Shown here: one piece after another, positions 40,301-53,741 of the stretch | Layout of the letters: every line of letters starts with the position of its first letter | Position numbering within the stretch: position 1 is the stretch's first letter | From: Antedon mediterranea | Lineage: Eukaryota > Animalia > Echinodermata | DNA length: 64,000 bases | Direction of reading: 5' to 3' | Assembly: GCF_964355755.1 (NCBI RefSeq) | Contig: NC_092674.1 | Location: forward strand, 26,660,001 to 26,724,000 | Position numbers and translations under genes: made by a program | The notes under the pieces: model-generated | Database searches by the model: none | The model's input: only the letters and a program-made list of their open reading frames with translations | Told to the model about the DNA's origin: nothing

Positions 40301-42068
40301 TAATATCTTATATCACATTGTTGGATATGATCAGTGTAGTCAGAATTTGATAACTGAGCACGCATCTTTAAATGTTTACCTCATCAATAATTATTAATAA
40401 TAATCTATAGCACATTGTTTGATATGATCAGTGTAGTCATAATTTGATAACTGAGCACGCATCTTTTAATATCTACCTCATCAATAATTAATGTTAATAA
40501 TCTAAATCACATTGTTGGATATGATCAGTGTAGTCATAATTTGATAACTGAGCACGCATCTTTAAATATCTACCTCATCAATAATTATTATTAATAATCT
40601 ATATCACATTGTTGGATATAATCAGTGTAGTCATAATTTGATTACTGAGCACGCATCTTTTAATATCTACCTCATCAATAATTATTATTAAGATCTTATA
40701 TCACATTGTTGGATATGATCAGTGTAGTCATAATTTGATAACTGAGCACGCATCTTTAAATATCTACATCATCAATAATTATTAATAATAATCTATATCA
40801 CATTGTGGGATATGATCAGTGTAGTCATAATTTGATAACTGAGCACGCATCTTTAAATATCCACCTAATCAATAATTATTAATAATATCATATATCACAT
40901 TGTTCGATATGATCAGTGTAGTCATAATTTGATAACTGAGCACGCATCTTTAAATATCTACCTCATCAATAATTATTATTAATAATCTATATCACATTGT
41001 TGGATATAATCAGTGTAGTCATAATTTGATTACTGAGCACGCATCTTTTAATATCTACCTCATCAATAATTATTATTAAGATCTTATATCACATTGTTGG
41101 ATATGATCAGTGTAGTCATAATTTGATAACTGAGCACGCATCTTTAAATATCTACATCATCAATAATTATTAATAATAATCTATATCACATTGTGGGATA
41201 TGATCAGTGTAGTCATAATTTGATAACTGAGCACGCATCTTTTAACATCTACCTCATCAATAATTATTATTAATATCTTATATCACATTGTTGGATATGA
41301 TCAGTGTAGTCAGAATTTGATAACTGAGCACGCATCTTTAAATATCTACCTCATCAATAATTATTATTAATAATCTATATCACATTGTTGGATATAATCA
41401 GTGTAGTCATAATTTGATTACTGAGCACGCATCTTTTAATATCTACCTCATCAATAATTATTATTAAGATCTTATATCACATTGTTGGATATGATCAGTG
41501 TAGTCATAATTTGATAACTGAGCACGCATCTTTAAATATCTACATCATCAATAATTATTAATAATAATCTATATCACATTGTGGGATATGATCAGTGTAG
41601 TCATAATTTGATAACTGAGCACGCATCTTTTAACATCTACCTCATCAATAATTATTATTAATATCTTATATCACATTGTTGGATATGATCAGTGTAGTCA
41701 GAATTTGATAACTGAGCATGCATCTTTCAATATCTACCTCATCAATAATTGTTATTAATATCTTATATCACATTGTTGGATATGATCAGTGTAGTCAGAA
41801 TTTGATAACTGAGCACGCATCTTTAATATCTATTTCATCAATAATATTATTAATACTCTACATCACACTGTTGGATATAATCAGTGTAGTCATAATTTGA
41901 TAACTGAGCACGCATCTTTAAATATCTACCTCATCAATAATTATTATTAATAATCTATGTCACATTGTTGGATATGATCTGTATATTCATAATTTGTTAT
42001 AACGCATCTTTTAATATCTACCTAATCAATAATAATTATTAATACTTAATGTTGGATATGATCAGTGT
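37310..42068 (+). repeat. 97-bp tandem satellite, about 49 monomers, forward orientation
   Basis: Monomer ATATGATCAGTGTAGTCATAATTTGATAACTGAGCACGCATCTTTTAATATCTACCTCATCAATAATTATTATTAATAATCTATATCACATTGTTGG; the (G/A)ATCAG landmark falls at 37321, 37418, 37515, 37612. Confidence 0.97.
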
Positions 42069-42749
42069 GATTTTGTTAGATTTACTGTATACAAGAGATC
42101 GAGTCGATGGGTTTTGAAAATGTGTTATTCTTTTGTTCCTAATTACCCTATTGATTTGTATCCGTTTGCTGTTTAAATTTATAATTTTAAGAACGCATCG
42201 TTTATGATGAACGTGTGCCGTTGTAAAAATAAAAATATTCCATATCTTTTTATGTTTGATATGTATTGTAGGGGCCATCATGAGACATGCTTTGGCTTCT
42301 ATTGAGGGTCCCAGTTCTTCTTAACAGAATAAATGTGCAGTTAATGAATAATTTGATAAATGAGGACGTGTGTTTTAACATCGATCTATTCAGACCGTAA
42401 TACTCTTCCAGAAATGATATGTTGCTATAATAGGCCTATGACAAATTTCCATTACATTAATAATTCAATTAAGATTTGAAATGTGTCAGAAACACTAAAG
42501 AAATCCAGTAATTTTATTGATTAATAATTATTTATACCATTTCTGATGAACGAACAGAAAACTAAACTTGCAGCCAATCAAAAAGCTGCTGCACTGTATA
42601 AGTAGGGAATTTTAAGTAGGAGTTGTTTTAAATGTCATTGGTCTCGGCTAATCAGTTATTGCCATTTGACTATGATAGGCATCTTTATTACCAAACAATA
42701 TTAAAATATAATGACTTCCTTCACTTTTTACAACCTAGTTTGTGTTTTA

Positions 42750-45725
42750 AAATGTCAATTTTGGATAAATTTACAGATTTTACTATTTAAACTGCGTAAA
42801 CTTAATGCAAACTTTAAAAAAACACCCACAAACATCATCCAAACAACTTAATATTGATTATACCACTACAAGAACTATAAAAGAGGACAATTTATGAAAT
42901 AATTTCATTGAAATATCTCTAGGTTTGAATTTTTAGGGTAAAAGATGTCAATTTTGGATAAATTTACAGATTTTGCCATGTAAACTGTGCAAACTTTAAA
43001 AAAACACCCCACAAACATCATCCAAACCACTTAATATTGAGTATACCACTACTAGAACTATAAAAGAGGACAATTTATGAAATAATTTTATTGAAATAGC
43101 TCTAGGTTTGAATTTTTAGGGTAAAAAATGTCAATTTTGGATAAATTTACAGATTTTACCATGTAAACTGCGTAAACTTAATGCAAACTTTAAAAAAAAA
43201 ACCACAAACATCATCCAAACAACTTAATATTGATTATACCACTACTAGAACTATAAAAGAGGACAATTTATGAAATAATTTTATTGAAATAGCTCTGGTT
43301 TGAATTTTTAGGGTAAAAAATGTCAATTTTGGATACATTTACAGATTTTGCCATGTAAACTGCGTAAACTTAATGCTAACTTAACAAAAACACCCCACAA
43401 ACATTATTCAAACAACTTAATATTGATTATATCACTACTAGAACTGTAAAAGAAGAGAATTTTTGAAATCAATTTATTGAAATAGCTCTGAAGTTTGACT
43501 TTTTAGGGTGAAAAATGTCAATTTTGGATAAATTTACAGATTTTACCATTTAAACTGCGTAAACTTAATGCAAACTTTAAAAAAACACCCACAAACATCA
43601 TCCAAACAACTTAATATTGATTATACCACTACAAGAACTATAAAAGAGGACAATTTATGAAATAATTTCATTGAAATAGCTCTAGGTTTGAATTTTTAGG
43701 GTAAAAGATGTCAATTTTGGATAAATTTACAGATTTTACCATTTAAACTGCGTAAACTTAATGCAAACTTTAAAAAAACACCCACAAACATCATCCAAAC
43801 AACTTAATATTGATTATACCACTACAAGAACTATAAAAGAGGACAATTTATGAAATAATTTCATTGAAATAGCTCTAGGTTTGAATTTTTAGGGTAAAAG
43901 ATGTCAATTTTGGATAAATTTACAGATTTTGCCATGTAAACTGTGCAAACTTTAAAAAAACACCCCACAAACATCATCCAAACCACTTAATATTGAGTAT
44001 ACCACTACTAGAACTATAAAAGAGGACAATTTATGAAATAATTTTATTGAAATAGCTCTAGGTTTGAATTTTTAGGGTAAAAAATGTCAATTTTGGATAA
44101 ATTTACAGATTTTACCATGTAAACTGCGTAAACTTAATGCAAACTTTAAAAAAACACCCACAAACATCATCCAAACAACTTAATATTGATTATACCACTA
44201 CTAGAACTATAAAAGAGGACAATTTATGAAATAATTTTATTGAAATAGCTCTGGTTTGAATTTTTAGGGTAAAAAATGTCAATTTTGGATAAATTTACAG
44301 ATTTTGCCATGTAAACTTAATGCTAACTTAACAAAAACACCCCACAAACATCATTCAAACAACTTAATATTGATTATATCACTACTAGAACTGTAAAAGA
44401 AGAGAATTTTTGAAATAAATTTATTGAAATAGCTCTGAAGTTTGACTTTTTAGGGTGAAAAATGTCAATTTTGGATAAATTTACAGATTTTACCATTTAA
44501 ACTACGTAAACTTAATGCAAACTTTAAAAAAACACCCACAAACATCATCCAAACAACTTAATATTGATTATACCACTACAAGAACTATAAAAGAGGACAG
44601 TTTATGAAATAATTTCATTGAAATAGCTCTAGGTTTGATTTTTTAGGGTGAAAAATGTAAACTTTGGATAAATTGACAGATTTTACCATGTAAACTGTGC
44701 AAACTTTAAAAAAAAACACCCCACAAACATCATCCAAACAACTTAATATTGATTATACCACTACTAGAACTATAAAAGAGGACAATTTATGAAATCATTT
44801 TATTAAAATAGTTCTAGGTATAAATTGACACATTTTACCATGTAAACTGTGCAAACTTTTAAAAAACACCCCACAAACATCATCCAAACCACTTAATATT
44901 GATTATATCATTATTAGAACTATAAAAGAGGACAATTTATGAAATAATTTTATTGAAATGGCTCTAAGATTTTTTTAGGAGTGAAAAATGTCAATTTTGG
45001 ATAATTGACAGATTTTACCATGTAAACTGCGTAAACTTAATTAAAAAATACCTCACAAACATCATTCAAACAATTGAATACTGATTATACCACTACTAGA
45101 ACTATAAAAGAAGACAATTTATGAAATCATTTTATTAAAATAGTTCTAGGTTTGACATTTTTGGGGTGATTATGAAATAATTTTATTGAAATAGCTCTAG
45201 GAATAAATTGACACATTTTACCATGTAAACTGTGCAAACTTTTAAAAAACACCCCACAAACATCATCCAAACCACTTTGATTATATCATTATTAGATAGA
45301 ACCATAAAAAGAGGACAATTTATGAAATAATTTTATTGAAATGGCTCTAAGATTTTTTTACTAGGAGTAAAAAATGTCAATTTTGGATAATTGACAGATT
45401 TTACCATGTAAACTGCGTAAACTTATTTAAAAAATACCCCACAAACATCATTCAAACAATTGAATACTGATTATACCACTACTAGAAATATAAAAGAAGA
45501 CAATTTATAAATCATTTTATTATTAAATAGCTCTAGGTTTGACATTTTTGGGGTAAAAAACCACTTAATATTGATTATCACTAAAACTATAAAAGAAGAC
45601 AACTTATGAAATGATTTTATTGAAATAGGTCAAAGTTTGACCTTTTTGGATAAATTGACAGATTTTAAAGTGTAAACTTTACAATGCAAAAAAGGCCATC
45701 TGCAAACATCCTTCAAACCACTTAT
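42750..45725 (+). repeat. ~193-bp tandem satellite, about 15-16 monomers, decaying to the right
   Basis: TGTCAATTTTGG starts at 42753, 42946, 43129, 43321, 43516, 43709, 43902. Confidence 0.95.
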
Positions 45726-45764
45726 TATATTAAGACAATATTAATATTTGAAGCAGATATAAAA

Positions 45765-48590
45765 TGATGCATACTCAGTTATCAAATGACTAGGCCTACA
45801 CTGATCATATTTGATATTGGTATATAGACAGTTAATATTAATTATTGTTGAGGTAGTTCAAACTATGATTACACTGATCATATCCAAAATTGTGATATAG
45901 AATATTATTAATAGTTATGGAAAAGATAGATATTAAAAAACTAAACAGATCATATCCAACAGTTTGATATAGATTATTAATATTAATTAATGATGATGCA
46001 GATATTAAAAGATTTTTGCTCAGTTATCAATTTATGACTACACTGATCATATCCAACTATGTGTTATAGATTATTAATAATAATTATTGATGAAATAGAT
46101 ATTGAAAGATGCGTGCTCAGTTATCAAATTATGACTACACTAATCATATCCAACATTGTGATATAGATTATTAATAATAATTATTGATGAGGTAGATATT
46201 AAAAGATGCATGCTCAGTTATCAAACTATGACTACACTGATCATATCCAACATTGTGATATAGGATATTATTAATAGTTATTGATAAGGTAGATATTAAA
46301 AAACCAAACAGATCATATCCAACAGTGTAATATAGATTATTAATATTAATTATTAATGAGGTAGATATTCTTCTTCTTTATTGTATCAAACAAAAACAAT
46401 TTCAATACAAAAGGTAGCCAAGATATAGCCGAAGCTAATCAAGCTTGGTACCTTTTATCTTAACTAACTTAAGCTACGAAATTAACAAATGAATAACAGA
46501 ACTTAAAAGAAAATAAAAATTTGATAACGTCAAAAACCAAACAAAAAATGTTGAATAATAAATAAATAACATAACATAACATTAAGTGCTGTATGTACTA
46601 TACTGTAATAAACAAAACCATATCAGTTCAATAGATCTGATGAATTAACAATATATAAAACATTGTAAATTATAGATTATTCTTTTATATACTTAAATAA
46701 AAGTAATTCTAAAGATGTATGCTCAGTTATCAAATTATGACTACACTGATCATATCCAACAATGTGATATAAATTATTAATAATAATTATTGATGAAATA
46801 GATATTGAAAGATGCGTGCTCAGTTATCAAATTATGACTCCACTAATCATATCCAACATTGTGATATAGGATATTATTAATAGTCATTGATAAGGTAGAT
46901 ATTAAAAGATGCATGCTCAGTTATCATATTATGACTACACTGATCATATTGAACAATGCAATATAGATTATTAATATTAATTATTGATGAGGTAGATATT
47001 AAAAGATGCATGCTCAGTTATCAAATTCTGACTACACTGATCATATCCAACAATGTGATATAGATTATTAATAATAATTATTGAAAGGTAGATATTAAAA
47101 GATGCGTGCTCAGTTATCAAATTCTGACTACACTGATCATATCCAACAATGTGATATAGATTATTAATAATAATTATTGAAAGGTAGATATTAAAAGATG
47201 CGTGCTCAGTTATCAAATTATGACTACACTGATCATATCGAACAATGTGATATAGATTATTAATATTAATTATTGATGAGGTAGATATTAAAAGATGCGT
47301 GCTCAGTTATCAAATTCTGACTACACTGATCATTATCGAACAATGTGATATAAGATATTAATAATAATTATTGATGAGGTAGATATTAAAAGATGCGTGC
47401 TCAGTTATCAAATTCTGACTACTGTACACTGATCATATCCAACGTGATATAATATATTATTAATAGTTATTGATAAGGTATATATTAAAAAACTAAACAG
47501 ATCATATCCAACAATGTGATATAGATTATTAATATTAATTAATGATGATGTAGATATTAAAAGATTATTGCTCAGTTATCAAATTATGACTACACTGATC
47601 ATAACCAACAATGTGATATAGATTATTAATAATAATTATTGATGAAATAGATATTGAAAGATGGGTGCTCAGTTATAAAATTATGACTACACTGATCATA
47701 TCCAACATTGTGATATACTGTAGGATATTATTAATAGTTATTGATAAGGTATATTAAAAGATGCGTGCTGTTATTAAATTATGACTACACTGATCATATC
47801 GAACAATGTGATATAGATTATTAATATTAATTATTGATGAGGTAGATATTAAAAGATGCGTGCTCAGTTATCAAATTATGACTACAATGATCATATCCAA
47901 CAATGTGATATAAATTATTAATAATAGTTATTGATAAGGTATATTAAAAGATGCGTGCTGTTATTAAATTATGACTACACTGATCATATCGAACAATGTG
48001 ATATAGATTATTAATATTAATTATTGATGAGGTAGATATTAAAAGATGCGTGCTCAGTTATCAAATTATGACTACAATGATCATATCCAACAATGTGATA
48101 TAAATTATTAATAATAATTATTGATGAAGGAAATAGATATTGAAAGATGCGTGCTCAGTTATCAAATTATGACTACACTAATCATATCCAACATTGTGAT
48201 ATAGGATATTATTAATAGTCATTGATAAGGTATATATTAAAAGATGCGTGCTCAGTTATCAAATTCTGACTACACTGATCATATCGAACAATGTGATATA
48301 TTATGATATTAATATTAATTATTGATGAGGTAGATATTAAAAGATGCGTGCTCAGTTATCAAATTATGACTAACACTGATCATATCCTACATTGTGATAT
48401 AGGACATTATTAATAGTTATTGATAAGGTAGTTATTAAAAGATGTGTGCTCAGTTATCAAATTTTGACTACAAAGATCATATCCAACATTGTGATGTAGA
48501 TTTATATTAATATTAATTATTGATGATGTAGATATTATAAGATGCATGCTAAGTTATCAAATTGTTACTACACGGATCATATTTGATTTT
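45765..48590 (-). repeat. Second array of the same 97-bp satellite in inverted orientation, more diverged, roughly 25 monomers
   Basis: Repeated GATGCGTGCTCAGTTATCAAATTATGACTACACTGATCATATCC is the reverse complement of the left-array monomer. Confidence 0.96.
46369..46710 (-). mobile_element. Probable 5'-truncated LINE 3' end inserted into the inverted satellite array
   Basis: A monomer is broken at GTAGATATT and resumes at AAAGATG about 340 bp later. On the minus strand the insert ends with AATAAA followed by (GAA)n. Confidence 0.55.
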
Positions 48591-48989
48591 GTGATTGATG
48601 ATATATTCATATAAAGAGTGTACAATACTCACAGTATTTTTTAATCCATCCACATGAAGAAGAGACACAAGAAGAGTTGTTTGAAATTGTGAAGCCTCAC
48701 AACCTTACTAATTGTGATGACATTTAATATAATATTACAGCCATACACAAACAGTAAGGTAGTTAGGGTCACTACAATCTATTAAAATAATTAACATTAA
48801 TTTAACTGGAAACATTGTTAATTATCAGTTTGAGTTTGACTTTTGTCTCTTTTGTTGTAGAATTGAATCTCTGTTTATCCATTGCTTTCAACCTGAAAAT
48901 AAACAGGCCTAATACCTTGGCATTAGCAATGAAATCAACTTACACACTGATGAATCTTAATACTCCTACCTACCTATCTAATATTTTAT

Positions 48990-49820
48990 ATAGATAGGCT
49001 GTCTATGACCCCCCAGCCTATCCCTAGCTAGGCCTATGCCTCTCTAGACCATTCTGCTGGCTAGCTAGCAAGGCCCTAGGCCTAGTCCTATAATTAATAG
49101 CACAGGTCTCATATAGATAGGCCTAGAGTGTTTAGACTGAGCCTGGTGGTTATATGCCTATTTAAACTAGGACTAGGAGGCAGGCCTAATCAGCCTAAAC
49201 TAAGGCCTAATAAACTAGTCTAGGCCCTAACTAGAATACATAGAGCTAGCTAGTTAGGCAGCCTAGGCCTAGCTACTTATTAGCTAGTAAGTAGGCCTAG
49301 CTAGCTAGCCTACCAGTTCCCTAGTAGGGCCTAACCAGGTGGGCCTAGCCTAGCCTACTACTCTAGGCTAGATCTTTCTATTTCTAGGCCTAGCTAGACA
49401 AGGCTAGCCATAGTAGGCCTAGTAGTACTAGGCCTACCTAGTTTTTAGGCCTAAACTATTAGCTAGAGTAGAGAGATGCTAGCCTAACTAGGCCTAGGCC
49501 CTAGCTAGCTAGCTAGGCCTAGACTAGGCTAGCCTATAATATAAATAGGCCTGCCCTCTACTAGGCCTAATCTGCCCTTTTTGGAGGCTAAAATATCGTC
49601 TGAAATAAGCTATGACCTACAAATATAGCTTAACTATCTGTTTAAGGGTGACACTGATGATGGGTAATCAATAAAATATGCTTCTAAATCTACCTTTTTG
49701 GCTTGCAATCATAATATCCAGTCTAGCCTAGGCCTAGGCCTGCACGGATCAGGTAGCGAAACGAACGAAGTGAGAGCAGAGAGCTGAGGAGGAGGAGGCC
49801 TCCTCCTCGGCCTAGGTTTC
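48990..49820. other. TAGGCCTA/CTAG-saturated low-complexity island
   Basis: Dozens of CTAG, AGGCCT and TAGCTA words without a fixed period; the same composition occurs in first introns of genes in this window. Confidence 0.8.
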
Positions 49821-50041
49821 AGGCAGAAAAGAACATCTTGAGTTTGTGTAATTATATATCTATTTATAGTTATTTTAAAATATATCCCTAACATTTAAAA
49901 AATTATATATATTACTGACAATTAATTCTAAGAATGATACTCTATCTAATGATATAATCAATTAAATGTATTTTCCGTACGAAATTAATTATATACGAGG
50001 ATGGCATAAGTGATAGTTCTCTGTTATCAAAAAACAACTAC

Positions 50042-52705
50042 CAGTCGGAAAGCCGCGTTGGTAACGCATCACTGATTTCATTCATTGTGAGGGCGCGCTT
50101 CGTGGAAAATGTTGGAATTTTTGCTATTTTAGTACACTTTGAAAATTGTATAATTTTGATATTAGATGAAATCAATAAACGTATTTCAATAGTTGAACTG
50201 CAAGCGTAAATAATGATAAAAACTGTGATCTAAATTCCACAGTTTTTTTGTTTCGAGAAATATTATTATTTTGTGTATAAACTTTTTTATTTATATTTTT
50301 TTTTAAATGATGGTAAAAAATCATTAAATTTCATATTTTCTAGATAAGGTTTCAAGGCGAATTTAAAATCCTTTCAAGATAAACTATTAAGCTATCTATT
50401 AAAATAAAAATCTAATTTTAAGCTTTCTTGGGATGCAACTCCCACTAATCAAACCAAACCTACTACATTTCTGTTCAGTTACGATCGAAAAACCGCCATT
50501 TTGAAACTTTGTTTACGTTTTACGAAGCTGGTACGAATCGACCCGGACCGAATCGTGTCCCTGTTTAATCCGGCCTCACAGGCCTAAGGTTTCAATCTGC
50601 TGTCCGATTATTGTTCTATTTGGTTTCTGAGCTAGGAAAGGCCTACTTAGACTAGCTACTATAATTACTTACTTAACTTCTAGCCTAGCTAGGCCTAAAA
50701 ATAGTATTTTCTAGGCCTAGTTTAGGCTAGGCTGATAGTAGTTTGTGTTATAGGGCCTATAGTAGCTGGAGTAGAAGTAGACATAATCTGGGTATTCCAT
50801 AATCTAGGCTGGTAGGTCTATCCCAGCTCATATACCAAGCAAGAAGAAGCCTGAAGAAGAACCTAGGCCCAGAAAAAATTACAAAAACTGTTAAAAAACA
50901 ATAAATTGAAAAACAAAGTGCCAAAAGATAACCCATTTTCAATTTATATATAAATATGGTGGGGAATGTTATTTATAAAATCAAGCATCTTTTGTTTGAG
51001 AGACTCAACCATGTATTTTTATATGGTCATGTTTTTAAAAAAGATAATTATTAGCCCATCATTTACCTGAGTATTGTTAATTAGTTGGTACTTATAAGTA
51101 TATCAATATCTGGCAGTAAATGTCACACTTGTATACAGAAATATTCTATTACTTTATTAGATACAACTTACATTTCACACAAGCAATACATTTTTTCTTT
51201 TTATGTATACATATACAGAATGTGAAAAAATACAACCTTTCAAACAATTACTGATACAAATAGTAAATACTACTGTATATAAAAACTTCTAATAGCACCT
51301 TGTTCATCAGACATAACAAACTAGCTAGGCTTAATACTGTAAATATAAAATATGCCACCATATGTACTTTTTGAGATATCATTTTTACTCGAGTCTTACT
51401 GTTAATTGTACTGATTTTATGATTGTTTTATGTTTATATTGTATGCATCTGTGCGACTCTGGTTAATAAAGTAAATCAATCAATCAATTGCAACTTAATT
51501 TATATCTTTATAAAAAATTTACTGATCTGAAACACTTCTACAACTTAAATGAATATAAATTTATATGTTATATTAGCGAATAAAATGAAAAACTATCAGC
51601 AATGATATTGAAATCGAGAAAACCACTTTACAGCTTCCACCGTCCAACCTCATATTGAAGAACGAGATAGAAAATCTTGATACCAACAAAAAACCTGAAA
51701 TGAAAATGAATAGCTGAAATGTAAAGAACTATTTAAATAATTGTCACTATGACGAAAACATTTTCTTAAATACTGTATAATTATATAATTATTCCACAAC
51801 CTGAAAACATATTCAGATAAAATATGACTGTACTGTAAGCCTACCATAAAAAAGCACTAAACACAAAACTTCCTTGTGTCTGTATATTTATTGTATAATT
51901 ATTAATACAGTAAATAAATTGTACCCATCAGTTGCCAATAATGAGGATATTTAACTATATGTCAGGCTGCGATTGGCTTAATTATCCTTCCCAACGCATC
52001 TTCAATATAGAGTAGGATTAACGAAACTTTAATAATACTACATTGTAACTAAAGTATTTTAATTATCAACATGTTACTAAGGCTAAGCCTAGGCCGATAT
52101 TACGACAACGATCCACCAGGTCGTGCACACACCCACACCTGCAACAACCACAATCAACACACCATGCACCACACACGACGGAACTAGTGCCGCGAGACGT
52201 AACAATTATGTGAAATGAGGACCTTTTTTAAAATGTTCGCTGTAGGAAGCTTAAATAGGGTTTCAAGCCAATTTTAACGTAAAACAGACTATTGATACTT
52301 ACTCTATCCATATACGCCGATTTTTTGGTAATTCACTGTATGGGATGCAAATCCCACTAATGGAAAATTTGTAAACAAACACAAGTTAGAAAACTTCAGC
52401 TTTGACGGCTGCACACGAACTTTGGAAAGAAACTGTCACTGACAACAAATCCAACAAATTATTCCGAAAATTAGGTGACCTGCGACATCTTAAACATATA
52501 AGGAACTGATCTTACCATATATGGTTAATTTTTCGCCTATTAATGTTTATTAAACAGCTATAAATTGACGTATACTTTATGCTAATGTTTTCGCGCGAAA
52601 AGTTGATGCCTCTGTGCCGAGAGAGGGCTTCTAAAATTAATGACGTCATGCGAAGTCGAAAATTTCGCGATAACGGTCATATTTCCCAACGCGGCTCTCC
52701 GACTG
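50042..52705. mobile_element. 2.66-kb non-autonomous TIR element with a 3-bp TAC target-site duplication
   Basis: Left CAGTCGGAAAGCCGCGTTGG versus right CCAACGCGGCTCTCCGACTG (19/20 inverted match); flanks ...AACTAC| and |TACAT; no long ORF inside. Confidence 0.8.
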
Positions 52706-53741
52706 TACATACTATACCTGAAATATGAAATAACAGGCCTATAACATGATTAATAATTCATAGTGTGAAATTAAGTAAGTATAAAATTATCTAGCAATTT
52801 TATATTAAAAATAATAATTTTAAATAAATTAAGGAAAAATATTTAAGAATGATAGCACAAATTAACAATTAATTTGACAAATTAATCTCTGAAATAGGAA
52901 ACACGATGTGAATTAGGGGTTTTCCCCTATGCAGCAAAAAAATCAGGTCGAAAATATCGCGTGGGAAATTCCGAAGTTTTAGAAGAACACCGCCCCCACA
53001 ACCAACGTATAGGCGGCGTCCGCATCCATCGCAGGTGGGAAGTAACGAAAATACAAGAAATTTTGCATAATAATTATAATAACTACTGTATATTATCATA
53101 TTACTTTATACAATAAAGAAAGAACATAACATTCGGAATAGGCCTAAGAATAAATTAATTTAGCGTTCGGAAAAATTGCTAATTGGGGTCGACCGTGATT
53201 AAACCATGGGGTTCTACTATGTTCAATAATATTAGCCTATTAATACCAATCAGTGCCTTTGTTGTTTTAATATTTGATTATAATAGTTTAATCCACTAAC
53301 TGGTCAAAGTCCAACACGAGTGATACTCCAGTCATACGTTATGAGGACATAACGCTGCAAGATTTCTTTTTACTATAGGCCTATGTGACAGACAAATCTC
53401 CGGCACAATACTCTTGGAATCTAAGATCAGCCGAACTAACCTGACATTGGTATATACCGATTACTGACAATCGGAGAGGTAGCGTGATTTTATGGTTGTA
53501 TTTTTTTAGGTTAACTTATGCCTACTAATTAAGCAGAATGAAAAACAAAACATGCCCTAAACATAAATGAGCGGCATTATTAATTAGAGGCCCAGGGAAT
53601 TAAGAGTGAATTCATTCTTTCCTGGTAGGCCTATGTTTGATAAAATGTGATGAATGGGAGGGGGCGGTCAATAGGGCTCAATGCCTGTTCGTGTTTTGAT
53701 TTTATCTATTTATGAATTTGTTTTGTAGGCTATATAGAGAG

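Noticed and set aside
42540-42565. Other CTGATGA sites (also about 27474, 36790, 49654) as hammerheads
   Set aside because: None has a paired stem II followed by GAAA.
37310-48590. CRISPR array
   Set aside because: Whole monomers repeat with no unique spacers, there are no cas genes, and the context is eukaryotic.
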